Shown piece after piece: positions 1 through 9,392 of a stretch of 64,000 nucleotides of DNA. Under the pieces are notes generated by a model. It searched no databases. It was not told where the DNA came from and saw only the letters and a program-made list of their open reading frames with translations. The position numbers were made by a program, and so were the translations under genes. Location of the stretch: assembly GCA_050298595.1 (NCBI GenBank), contig JBNKUM010000101.1, positions 112,131 to 176,130 on the forward strand, given 5' to 3'. Each line of letters starts with the position of its first letter. The first letter of the stretch is position 1. Source of the stretch: Gammaproteobacteria bacterium. GTDB lineage: Bacteria > Pseudomonadota > Gammaproteobacteria > GCA-001735895.

Positions 1-1
1 C

Positions 2-214
2 AGGCGAGAATTTCAGGTCATGCTGATGATCTCTCAGGGTTTAAGTAATAACGAAATTTCAGAGCGTTTGTGCCTTAGCCCCAAAACAGTCAGCACCTAT
101 CGCTCGCGCTTACTTGAAAAGCTGGGCGCGCATAATGAAGTCGATTTAATCCGTATCGCAGTAGAGCAGGGCATGGTTGATTTTGCACAGTCTGACTCTA
201 GTCTCTCTGGCTGA
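2..214 (+). CDS. uvrY: UvrY/GacA response regulator, C-terminal LuxR-type HTH (partial, runs off window start)
   Basis: REFQVMLMISQG..SNNEISERLCLSPKTVSTYRSRLLEKLG is a LuxR HTH; canonical position directly upstream of uvrC. Confidence 0.9.
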   Translation, partial: RREFQVMLMISQGLSNNEISERLCLSPKTVSTYRSRLLEKLGAHNEVDLIRIAVEQGMVDFAQSDSSLSG

Positions 215-260
215 ACCAATAAGCCCTGCGTGGCTGAATTAAAGTCGCCACAGATAATAA

Positions 261-2105
261 ATGGTTAATGAAAAAACAAATAATCAAGCAGATTTTGATG
301 CTCAGACCTTCCTGAAATCTGTCAATAATCTGCCAGGCGTCTATCGCATGATCGATAGCAAAAAGCAGGTGATCTATGTCGGTAAGGCCAAAGACCTAAA
401 GAAACGCCTCTCCAGTTATTTCCGTAAAACAGGCCTGTCTCCCAAGACTCAGTCCATGGTCAGGCATATCAAAGCCATAGAGGTGATTAATACGCGTACC
501 GAAAGCGAAGCGTTAATCCTCGAAAATGATTTGATCAAAAATCTAAACCCACGCTATAACATCCTGTTTAGAGATGATAAAAGCTATCCTTATATTCAAT
601 TAACCAGACACGAATTCCCAAGACTTAAGGTCTATCGTGGCACAACGAATAGCCGTAAGGGGCAATTCTTTGGACCCTTCCCCAGTGTCGCAGCAATTCG
701 CTATACTATTCAGCATTTACAGCGCATTTTCAAGCTACGTAACTGCGAAGATTCAGTGCTTAAAAATCGCAGTCGGCCTTGTCTGCAATATCAAATTAAA
801 CGTTGTACGGCCCCCTGTGTAAACAAGGTCAGCAAAGAAGAGTATCAGCAGCAAATCCATCAGGCAGAACTCTTTCTTAAGGGACAAAATGAAACCCTGA
901 TATCAAACCATGTGGAACTCATGCAACAGGCATCGGCAAATCTTGAATTTGAAAAAGCCGCCGAATACCGAGATAACATCGAACAGCTGCGCAAGGTGAA
1001 TGAAAAACAGTTTGTAACCGGGTTTAGTAGTAATCTGGATATCATCGCCTGTGTATTGCAACAGGAGTACTGCTGCATACAGGTTTTCATGATCCGCAGC
1101 GGCACTTCGCTAGGCAACAAGCCTTTCTTTATTCGTATCAAGCTCGATTCCGAGCCCGCAGAAATCCTCGAAACCTTTCTGGTGCAGCATTATTCGCGTC
1201 ATCCTGTACCTGGTGAGATAATCGTCAATCAGGAACTGGAAAATATACCATTGATGGAGCAAACCCTGTCCAGTTTCGCCAACAGCAAGGTGAGCGTAAA
1301 GAATCATGTACGCGAAAAACGCAAACACGCACTCGAAATGGCAGAGCGCAATGCCGTCGAATCCCTGCAGCGTCATCTGCAATCATCCACTAATTTAAAC
1401 AAGCGCTACCAGTCATTGATCGAAGCGCTGAACCTGACTGAAGCGCCGCAACGTATGGAATGTTTTGATATCAGCCACACTATGGGTGAGGCCACAAAAG
1501 CATCCTGCGTGGTATTCGGGCAGGAAGGCGCGATTAAATCCGATTATCGTATCTATAATATTCGCGATATCACCGAAGGCGATGATTATGCCGCGATGCG
1601 ACAGGTACTTACGCGCCGCTATGACAAACTCAAACATCAACCCGAGAATATGCCTGATGTGATCTTTATTGATGGCGGAAAAGGGCAGTTGCATAGTGCA
1701 CTGGACGTGATGGAAATGCTTGAAGTTTTCGAAGCCAAGCCAGGGCTACGCGTGATCGGTATTGCCAAAGGAGCCGAACGCAGAGCAGGGTACGAAAGCA
1801 TACTCGATGAAAACTATAACGAACTACGAATACCGATGGACTCGCCATCCTTATTACTGATCCAGCAAATCCGCGATGAAGCGCACCGCTTTGCAATTAC
1901 TGGGCACCGTAAGGCCAGAGGCAAAGCGCGTAGAACCTCCCGGCTGGAAGAAATACCCGGAATAGGGGCAAAGCGACGTCAGATGCTATTACAAAAATTT
2001 GGCGGCCTACAGGGAGTGAAATCAGCCGGAATTGAAGAGTTGATGCAGATAAAAGGGATAAATCGCGAGACCGCGCAGATCATTTATGATACCTTTCACG
2101 GCTAG
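261..2105 (+). CDS. uvrC: Excinuclease ABC subunit C
   Basis: GIY-YIG (PGVYRM..VIYVGKAKDLKKR), UVR domain, RNase H-like ECFDISH/DGGKGQ, C-terminal HhH (IPGIGAKRR). Confidence 0.98.
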   Translation: MVNEKTNNQADFDAQTFLKSVNNLPGVYRMIDSKKQVIYVGKAKDLKKRLSSYFRKTGLSPKTQSMVRHIKAIEVINTRTESEALILENDLIKNLNPRYNILFRDDKSYPYIQLTRHEFPRLKVYRGTTNSRKGQFFGPFPSVAAIRYTIQHLQRIFKLRNCEDSVLKNRSRPCLQYQIKRCTAPCVNKVSKEEYQQQIHQAELFLKGQNETLISNHVELMQQASANLEFEKAAEYRDNIEQLRKVNEKQFVTGFSSNLDIIACVLQQEYCCIQVFMIRSGTSLGNKPFFIRIKLDSEPAEILETFLVQHYSRHPVPGEIIVNQELENIPLMEQTLSSFANSKVSVKNHVREKRKHALEMAERNAVESLQRHLQSSTNLNKRYQSLIEALNLTEAPQRMECFDISHTMGEATKASCVVFGQEGAIKSDYRIYNIRDITEGDDYAAMRQVLTRRYDKLKHQPENMPDVIFIDGGKGQLHSALDVMEMLEVFEAKPGLRVIGIAKGAERRAGYESILDENYNELRIPMDSPSLLLIQQIRDEAHRFAITGHRKARGKARRTSRLEEIPGIGAKRRQMLLQKFGGLQGVKSAGIEELMQIKGINRETAQIIYDTFHG

Positions 2106-2120
2106 CAAACTTTGTCAATT

Positions 2121-2681
2121 ATGAAGTTAACACTCCCCACTACGCTAACCTTATTCAGGATTATTCTAATCCCGATATTTGTCCTGGTATTTTACCTGCC
2201 GACAAGTTGGGCGCATGCTGCTGCCGCTATTATTTATGCGGTTGCCAGCGTAACCGACTGGTTTGATGGATATCTTGCACGAGTGTTAAATCAGGAGAGT
2301 GCCTTCGGGGCTTTTCTCGATCCGGTAGCAGATAAGCTGATGGTCGCGGTCGCGATCATACTGCTGGTAGAGGCAAATCCTGGCTTATTGATTGTAATAC
2401 CCTCTATTATCATTATCAGCCGTGAGATCACCGTATCAGCACTTAGAGAATGGATGGCAGAGCTGGGCAGTAGAACCACCGTAAAAGTGAGTTTTGTTGG
2501 CAAGGCAAAAACCACTGCACAAATGTTTTCGCTATTTTTAATGATCTATCATCAGGAATTACTCGGCATACCTATGTATGAAGTGGGCATGGCATTTTAT
2601 TATCTGTCTGCAATCCTGACCATATACTCCATGATGATCTACCTGAAAGCCGCATGGCCAGTGATGCGTAGCAACGGGTAA
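2121..2681 (+). CDS. pgsA: CDP-diacylglycerol--glycerol-3-phosphate 3-phosphatidyltransferase
   Basis: CDP-alcohol phosphotransferase motif DWFDGYLAR...GAFLDPVADK; synteny with uvrC; ATG at 2121 preferred over TTG at 2112. Confidence 0.96.
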   Translation: MKLTLPTTLTLFRIILIPIFVLVFYLPTSWAHAAAAIIYAVASVTDWFDGYLARVLNQESAFGAFLDPVADKLMVAVAIILLVEANPGLLIVIPSIIIISREITVSALREWMAELGSRTTVKVSFVGKAKTTAQMFSLFLMIYHQELLGIPMYEVGMAFYYLSAILTIYSMMIYLKAAWPVMRSNG

Positions 2682-2800
2682 AAGAGACCCTGATTGTTTC
2701 TTGATTGTGAGAAATTTCAGTTGCAACAGAAATAATTCAAGCCCTGAGAACAGGTGTTAAGAAATCTTTAAAAAACATTGAGAAATAGGGTGATTACACC

Positions 2801-2828
2801 TTGACAGAAAAAGCTCAATGGCTAGAAT
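2801..2828 (+). promoter_or_regulatory. sigma70 promoter of the tRNA operon
   Basis: TTGACA (2801-2806), 16-bp spacer, TAGAAT (2823-2828), 12 bp before tRNA-Gly. Confidence 0.85.
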
Positions 2829-2840
2829 ATCGCCTCTTTC

Positions 2841-2916
2841 GCGGGAATAGCTCAGCTGGTAGAGCACAACCTTGCCAAGGTTGGGGTCGCGAGTTCGAAT
2901 CTCGTTTCCCGCTCCA
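2841..2916 (+). tRNA. tRNA-Gly (GCC)
   Basis: GCGGGAATAGCTCAG...CTTGCCAAG...GTTCGAAT...CCCGCTCCA, 76-nt cloverleaf. Confidence 0.98.
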
Positions 2917-2921
2917 ATTTT

Positions 2922-2947
2922 AAGCCTCGTGATAATCGAGGCTTTTT
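2922..2947 (+). terminator. Intrinsic terminator-like hairpin after tRNA-Gly
   Basis: AAGCCTCG-tgataat-CGAGGCTT followed by a T run. Confidence 0.7.
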
Positions 2948-2985
2948 GGTTTTAAAAGCGTTAAAATTATCAAAGACATATCACT

Positions 2986-3059
2986 GGCTGGGTGGCAGAG
3001 TGGTTATGCAGCGGCCTGCAAAGCCGTGGACGGCGGTTCGATTCCGCCCTCAGCCTCCA
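2986..3059 (+). tRNA. tRNA-Cys (GCA)
   Basis: GGCTGGGTGGCAGAGTGG...GCCTGCAAAGC...GTTCGATT...CAGCCTCCA, 74 nt. Confidence 0.97.
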
Positions 3060-3268
3060 TATGTTATGTCATTGTTAACCATTAAACGCTTTTATAGCAT
3101 GTTGTCATTGTGAGCAAAGCGCGGCAATCTTTAGACGGTTGCCACTGCTAGCAAGCAATATCAATCATGAAGTCCACTCAGTACTGCCGGGGTGGCGTTG
3201 TGGTAGACAGTAGTTCTCCGAACTACCATGATATTCAATAAGGGCAATAGATTTACAAGCTACTCGAC

Positions 3269-3355
3269 GCCCGGGTGGCGAAATTGGTAGACGCAAGGGA
3301 CTTAAAATCCCTCGGTGGAAACACCGTGCCGGTTCGACTCCGGCCCCGGGCACCA
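3269..3355 (+). tRNA. tRNA-Leu (TAA)
   Basis: GCCCGGGTGGCGAAATTGGTAGAC...GACTTAAAATC, long variable arm, ...GGGCACCA, 87 nt. Confidence 0.97.
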
Positions 3356-3783
3356 TTTGAAATCAATGATTTATAGATTTTCCCTTCTTTTCTTATTTGA
3401 CTGATGAAAGTCAGTGTAGGCAGTTCAATTCTAAAGATTTATTAATTTTTAATACACTTCTTACCAAGATATTTTGTGTTCCCTAAAATTGTATTCATAT
3501 TTAAAAAAATATTTATAAGTAATTATCTTTAGACCATATATAAATCTTTACCTGAGATTTTAATAAAATTACTCGACGTATTCTTTTATTAAATTATCAA
3601 CCGGTTAAATAAAAAAATTATCAAGGAGGGGCAGTAACATGAATCAGTAAAATTCAACTGAAAAAATTTCTCCTCAGAAAAATTTGTGGGTAGTTTCTAG
3701 TACGAGTAAAGCTACAAGTGTATGGTACAGCGCGATTTGAGCAGCATAAAAGGTTCTAAATCCATAGGCTTTTCTGGTGGTTT

Positions 3784-4160
3784 CTCGTTCCCAAGCACTG
3801 TGTGGGAATGCATATAGCATCTGACGAGTTTGGATTTCACACGCCTTGGCTTTCCTTGCTCCGTAGCATCTTTCTAAAAGACGTGCGAGTCACTTCTTTC
3901 CAACAGCTGAAAGAAGTAACCAAGAAAGCTGCCCTACGCAATCCCTTATCTCGTCAAAAGTAGGGTCAAATCGCGGTCGGGTCAGACCCGTTCCCGACGC
4001 GGCTGTCTCTCAAATGGCATCCTTGCCATTTGACCCCGATTTGACCGTACTTTTACCGCGGGCTTGAAGGGAGAAAAAAGCGGAAAAACAAAATTGTCTG
4101 GAACAATATTGAACAGCTTCAACTGCCCCGAAGGGTGGAGGACAGGAAGTCCAGAATAAT
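3784..4160. repeat. Cluster of palindromic REP/MITE-like elements
   Basis: Hairpins TTCCCA..TGGGAA (3788-3808), GTCACTTCTTTC..GAAAGAAGTAAC (3889-3920), AAAAGTAGGGTCAAATCGCGGTC..GACCCCGATTTGACCGTACTTTT (about 3956-4054), ATTGT..ACAAT and GGAC..GTCC (4088-4160). Confidence 0.6.
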
Positions 4161-4393
4161 GACATCCCAATTAAGTGGCCTGTGGCTCCATGAAAGTTGA
4201 GCCAAACTCTTCACCCCTAATTTTTGATCAAACATCTTTTGAACTCTAAGCATGACCAGTTGATTGCTTACAAACTTTACCTTTTTGGAGAAAAGATTTT
4301 AATAGTAAAATTAACCGTTTAAGTAATTAAACAGTCCTGGTTTTAGATGATATTTTACTATAATCAATAACTTAGTTACGACCGACCCGGTTT

Positions 4394-5115
4394 AGTCGAA
4401 CGTCGAATGAAAAAAAGCACTGAATTTACTGGGGATCCCGGGCAGTTGTGAAAAAGCCAGAAAGACGATGAAAGAAGCTGGTGTTGCCGTTAAACACAGG
4501 ATGAAATACAAGGTCACCACGAACAGTAATCATAAGCAACTTGTTTTCGATAACCTGTTACAGCGAGACTATACCTCCGCCCAGGCGGATCAGGTCTATG
4601 CTGCAGATGTGACTTATATATGGACGCAGGACGGCTGGTTATACCGGGACGTTGTGATTGACCTGTTCTCGCGTAAAGTGGTGGGGTGGAGTATGAGTAG
4701 TCGAATGAAAGCACAGCTGATCTGTGATGCCCTGAAGATGGCAATATGGCGAAGACATCCAAAGCCTGGACTGATCCACCATTCTGATCAAGGCAGTCAG
4801 TATGCCAGTCATGAATTTAGAACACTGCTCCAGATGAATGGGATACGGTGTAGCATGAGACGAAAAGGAGACTGCTGGGACAATGCTGTAGTTGAAAGCA
4901 ACATTGGCACCTTAAAACAGAAACAGGTGCACTGGAGGAACTATCAAACCCGTCTCTAAGCTCAGCAGGATATATTGCAGTACATAGCCTTTTTTTATAA
5001 TGGTTGCCGGTTACATTCGACACTAAATTAAGTCAGTCCGATTGAATATGAAAGACAATTTAATGAAATGAAAAAAGTAGCTTAACTGAGTGTACAAAAA
5101 TGCTTGCCCACGTCA
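4394..5115 (+). pseudogene. IS3-family transposase orfB remnant with right end
   Basis: DVTYI...DLFSRKVVGW...HSDQGSQY...DNAVVES rve core; in-frame stops at 4957 and about 5029; 5' truncated; IR-like GTGTACAAAAATGCTTGCCCACGTCA ending at 5115. Confidence 0.88.
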
Positions 5116-5211
5116 CGGATCACTGGGTAAGAGAGCAATTGTTTAAGATGTTTTGATAGAAGGGCCGGAGCAGAAGAGATTTTAATTCCATAATGGTTGA
5201 GTTTTTGATGA

Positions 5212-5232
5212 GTCAAATGTAAGGCTGACCCG
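5212..5232 (-). repeat. Copy of the Y1-transposase end motif (right-end orientation)
   Basis: GTCAAATGTAAGGCTGACCCG is nearly the reverse complement of GGGGTCAGGCCTTACATTTGAC at 9376. Confidence 0.8.
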
Positions 5233-5594
5233 AATGTTACTAAGTTAAGGTGTACTTCTATCTCAAAATCAACAGATTAACCCAAATGTGGTACCTTTTA
5301 CACGCCAGGTTGCCACATACTAAATTTACTTAACTTAGTTGTCTTTCAAGGCTGATCTCGATTTTTATACAATTTTTGTTTATTGTTATACGAGTAGGGA
5401 GTTTAAAAAGGGGGCATTATAATTCATAAAGCAATTGTTTTTATTGCTCTATGCACCATAATACTGAAAATTTTTTCGCTACTTTTTGACAACTAGAGCA
5501 AAAAATGTAATAAATTGCTTCTACGGATATTTTGTTCGCTGTTGCTCTCTAATTTCTGTAGAGCGTGGTGTCATCCCCACATAGGAAAGTGAAA

Positions 5595-6140
5595 ATGAAT
5601 AAATTCTCTCTTACTGCTTTGATGATGCTTCTGCAGTCGTCAATTGCATTCGCAAAGGATTGCAAGATTCCATATTCTGATAATCCAGATGTTACCTACT
5701 CCATAAATCCAGCTGTTATCGATAAGTGGAATCCTGATTTGAGTTATGCAATTAATCCCGATGTCACCTATTCAATAAATCCAAATTTCACATATAAGTA
5801 TAATCCTGACGTAACTTTCACAATTAATCCAGACCAGACTGTCAAACTGAATCCATTTATTAGCAAGTGGAATGGATATAATGTTTGCACACCAAAAGGA
5901 GAGTTTGTTGGTGCTAGCATTATAGCTAATGAAGATGTTATGGTTTTTTATATCGGTACGAACTGGATTGGCAATTTCATAACCAATAAAAAGAGCGGGT
6001 ATAATTTTTTCAACCGGAAAAAGGAGTGGGAGGGATTTCTTGTGCCGACAAAATCTGCTGGATTTGCTTTTTTTAATCGTGAAAACAAATGGCTATTATC
6101 ATTGACAAAGAAAAAACTATGGGCTCAGACCTCACGATAG
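5595..6140 (+). CDS. Secreted hypothetical protein with 8-aa NPxxTxxI repeats
   Basis: Signal peptide MNKFSLTALMMLLQSSIAFA; RBS AGGAAAG; about 7 NP-initiated 8-aa repeats. Confidence 0.75.
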   Translation: MNKFSLTALMMLLQSSIAFAKDCKIPYSDNPDVTYSINPAVIDKWNPDLSYAINPDVTYSINPNFTYKYNPDVTFTINPDQTVKLNPFISKWNGYNVCTPKGEFVGASIIANEDVMVFYIGTNWIGNFITNKKSGYNFFNRKKEWEGFLVPTKSAGFAFFNRENKWLLSLTKKKLWAQTSR

Positions 6141-6350
6141 ACACCATATTTTCGATTTGTTGATTTAGTGAATTTTCCAGAGCCAGGGATAAAAAATGGT
6201 CTGATCTCAGGAATTTGTGTCCAGCATCTCTCTTGGCAATATGGCGGGCACTATAAATTGGAGCAGGTTAAGGGGGGGTGTAGCAATGCAACGATAAGTC
6301 GGGCCGAATATGCTTATGTAACTCAGATGTAAAATGTTGGGCCTAACTCC
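6121..6350 (+). mobile_element. Internally deleted (MITE-like) copy of the Y1 transposase element at 9376-10314
   Basis: 6121-6220 aligns to 9376-9475 and 6244-6350 aligns to 10204-10314; the middle of the gene is missing. Confidence 0.85.
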
Positions 6351-6545
6351 GAGGAACTAAAATCATTAAGATTATTTTTTTATCCAGGATTTGTAAACCC
6401 TGGCTTTGTTCCGGGCCTGACGAGACTATGATCGACGACAATTAATATCCTTACACACCTTCCATTTTTTGTGGTCCATTAATACATTTCCTTATTGAAA
6501 TATAGATTTCAAATGAATAGCTATGATTTTATTTTGGGTATGGTC

Positions 6546-6713
6546 GAGATGACTATGAATATCGTACGCTAAAAAGCTTATATGATTTTATTGTCTACGC
6601 GGTTTTGCTAATTGTAAGACAGCTGTATTTCATCTAAATTTAAGCGGTTGATATTATTCTTCGTGGTTGGAGTGTATATAATGGGGTCAAGTTTCAATTT
6701 TGAGGTGTCAAAT
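6546..6713 (+). repeat. ~170-bp imperfect direct repeat, copy 1 (copy 2 at 8674-8839)
   Basis: GAGATGACTATGA.TATCGTACGCTAAA.AGCTTATAT...TCTACGC.GTTTTGCTAATTGTAAGA..GCTGT...CATCTAAATTT is shared by both copies. Confidence 0.85.
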
Positions 6714-6898
6714 AATATTCAAACTCCGTGTGACTCTCTTTCGCTACTCAAGGGAGAGATAAGAGAATTTTATAATAAATATGCTCCCTTTACATATCAT
6801 GAGTGGGAATAAATAGAGAACAAGATGAAGCATATTAAGAATTTAGCGCAATTTAAGTATTACATTCTTCGCGCTGGACACATAATCACCTGTAAGGA

Positions 6899-7285
6899 GT
6901 GTATGCATTGAAATTATCACTACGCAGCATTGGTTTAGCTTCAGGTTTATTTTCTCTGCCATCGTTTTTTAATGAACACTATGCATTACCTGGCTACACA
7001 TGCGATGGAAATAACAATTATATCAAATTCCCATATTTTTTATATGTAAATGGTACTGAAATTTTACAAACAGATGATATTGATATTAAGGGCTACGAAT
7101 TGATCAACCCTTTTAAACTAGATAAAGTTGAAAAAAATCAAAATAAAAACACCAACTTTAATAAAAGAAAGCTTTATGGCGACGAGAAAGGAGATGTTGA
7201 ACTAAGCTCTTATCTCTTTGAAGGTGATTGCCACGGTAGTAGTTGTTCATTACAAGGGACCTTACATTCAACGCTAACAAGTTGA
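6899..7285 (+). pseudogene. Degraded hypothetical gene
   Basis: 128-aa ORF without a good start; coding-like sequence with stops upstream. Confidence 0.35.
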
Positions 7286-7339
7286 CAAAAAGTGCAATGG
7301 TAAAAAAATCACATAGTGAGTTTCTGTATGAGTGATAAC

Positions 7340-7410
7340 GCATCTGAAAAAAACTGCATCGTAACAAATTTTACTGCGCAATATTTTTCCACTGAGTTGG
7401 GTGGTCAAGC
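7340..7410 (+). repeat. Degenerate integron attC-like site
   Basis: AACT(G)CA ... TGAGTT pairing with one extra G, inner stem, ends TGAGTTGGGTGGTCA; the R boxes are decayed. Confidence 0.45.
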
Positions 7411-7603
7411 AGTAGAAAAATTAAAGTGAACTTTTAAGGGTAATAAATGGATAATAATTCTCTACAAAATGTGATCCTACTTGAATATTCTTATTGTTAT
7501 GCTTAAAAAAGTCGGTTTTGTACAGGTAGAAGCGCATCGTGAATCTTGTTGCTTTTTAGATTTTAATTTTTCTACACCCTGATTATGTTCACAAAATTGA
7601 TGT

Positions 7604-8104
7604 ATGGAAATGATAAAGAAAAGTATTGATAGTTACTTATTTCGCGCCAGAAAATCCGGAACGTGTATTAATAAGCAAGACCTCGAGTTACTTAATTTCA
7701 AACTAAATGGGTTAATTCCAGATTGGTATGCTGAAGCAGTGACACAGCTCCCTATTTCCGGAATTGAAGTGGGTTGGCTAGCTTTCCCAGAAGAAGTAGA
7801 TTTTGATGGAATTGAGTGGGTTACTCTTCTAGATGCCAAGTTATTAAGTGAGTGCAATCTAGATAGTTACCTGGGGAATTTACTCCGCCCACTGGGTTAT
7901 TTTTCATTTGGTTACGGCTCATCGTGGTCAGGAAATTGTTTTGTTTTTAAACCAGAAGAAGGTAACGATCCACCTGTATATGAGGTCTGGCATGACGCTG
8001 CACGTAACTCGGACGAAATGTTAAACGCAATCGAAAATAAAAAAGGCGTGAAATTGGTTTCTGAATCATTCAGTAGTTTCTTTAATGATGCTATTTGTGA
8101 ATAA
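7604..8104 (+). CDS. SMI1/KNR4 (SUKH) family protein
   Basis: LNGLIPDWY...FSFGYGSSWSGNCFVF...DPPVYEVWHD...LVSESFSSFF matches the SUKH pattern. Confidence 0.7.
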   Translation: MEMIKKSIDSYLFRARKSGTCINKQDLELLNFKLNGLIPDWYAEAVTQLPISGIEVGWLAFPEEVDFDGIEWVTLLDAKLLSECNLDSYLGNLLRPLGYFSFGYGSSWSGNCFVFKPEEGNDPPVYEVWHDAARNSDEMLNAIENKKGVKLVSESFSSFFNDAICE

Positions 8105-8492
8105 AGAACATTAAAATAAGGGTGTGTCCTGCGCCTGTTGCGACCTATCCTATTGTTGAACAAGCTGTTTGTGATGGTTGATAGGCGATATAAAGGAAAA
8201 ATATTTTCGAAACTATGGAGTCAGAATTTACATTATACGTCCCTGGTCGGTAGCAGATAATGAGAGTGAAAAGCTAATTAAGTGTGTCCGTATGTGAAAC
8301 CCAATATTTGAATTCCTATTAGATTGTGTTGACTAACTGGGAAGAGCTTTCGTCAGTGTGCTGGCTGCCAGGGATACTTTCTTCCTTGAACTAAAAATTT
8401 CGACTGTTAGACGGACTCTGGTTTTTGAACAGGTTGAGAAGGTCTCTATGAAATTCACCTTTAGTAATATTCATACAGGTGATTATTTTTTT

Positions 8493-8650
8493 GGTTCTTC
8501 GTAAAACAGTGTAAAAACCAAGTGAAATATAGACAATACTCCAATCCAGATAATTATATTTGACCTATGGAAATAGAAGAGCATTCCAGCCAGCTTTTAG
8601 GCATCAATACGCCCTGGGAGATCAGTCAGGTTGAACTCAATTTCATGGCT
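8493..8650 (+). pseudogene. ISL3-family left end and transposase N-terminal fragment
   Basis: IR-like GGTTCTTCGTAAAACAGTGT; MEIEEHSSQLLGINTPWEISQVELN from 8567 resembles the ISL3 Tnp N-terminus (QLLGL..PW.V..VEL). Confidence 0.6.
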
Positions 8651-8673
8651 ATTGTTTTCTTTGGAGTATAGTG

Positions 8674-8839
8674 GAGATGACTATGAGTATCGTACGCTAA
8701 ATAGCTTATATATTTTTTTATCTACGCTGTTTTGCTAATTGTAAGATGGCTGTTAATCATCTAAATTTTAACTCTGAATATTATACTTCTTAGTGGTGGT
8801 TCAAATAATACGGCAAGTTACTTTTTCGTGATGTCAAAT
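8674..8839 (+). repeat. ~170-bp imperfect direct repeat, copy 2
   Basis: Aligns to 6546-6713; followed by TGACCTGACCCC at about 8856-8867. Confidence 0.85.
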
Positions 8840-9020
8840 CTAAGTCATGACACTATGACCTGACCCCGTTAATTTTTCCTCGTTTGAAGTGATAGAAAGA
8901 AACAATATATTATGAGATCGCGTATATAAGGCTTCTGTTTCAAATCAGAAGCAATATTACAGCAATATATTTTTTGTTTTTAAAAGTTAAGCTTTGGATT
9001 AGAAGAGAATAGCAAACCCA

Positions 9021-9344
9021 ATGACACGGATAATAATTAGTCTATTATGTGTATCAATTTTTAGTGGCTGCACATCCAGTAATGGTAAACCGATCACCGG
9101 TAAGGAGTTATATGGATTCTATTGTGCTGGCTGTCATATGGAAAGCGGGGCTGGCCATTTTTTACGGGGTATCCCGCCGTTAACTCAAAACAAAATTCTC
9201 AATCCAACACCGCTTCAACCTTCTCAGCTCAGGCGTAAGCTCAAAACTAGTCCAAGCCATAATAGGACAATACCGCCCTTTGGCAACATCAACGATGAGC
9301 AGGAAAGATTGATCTTGCGGTATATACAATCGCTGTCCGAGTGA
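9021..9344 (+). CDS. Monoheme c-type cytochrome lipoprotein
   Basis: Lipobox FSGC; heme-binding motif CAGCH. Confidence 0.8.
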   Translation: MTRIIISLLCVSIFSGCTSSNGKPITGKELYGFYCAGCHMESGAGHFLRGIPPLTQNKILNPTPLQPSQLRRKLKTSPSHNRTIPPFGNINDEQERLILRYIQSLSE

Positions 9345-9392
9345 TATTTTCCCCTGGTTTTTCCTGACTAACTCAGGGGTCAGGCCTTACAT

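Noticed and set aside
3340-3355. attL/attR pair from the tRNA-Leu 3' end delimiting a genomic island
   Set aside because: I found no second copy of the tRNA 3' end and no intact integrase in the window, so the island boundary cannot be fixed
3165-3356. 63-aa minus-strand ORF
   Set aside because: Antisense shadow of tRNA-Leu
8240-8310. Possible IS3 right-end fragment (AAGCTAATTAAGTGTGTCCGT)
   Set aside because: Too short and degenerate to support
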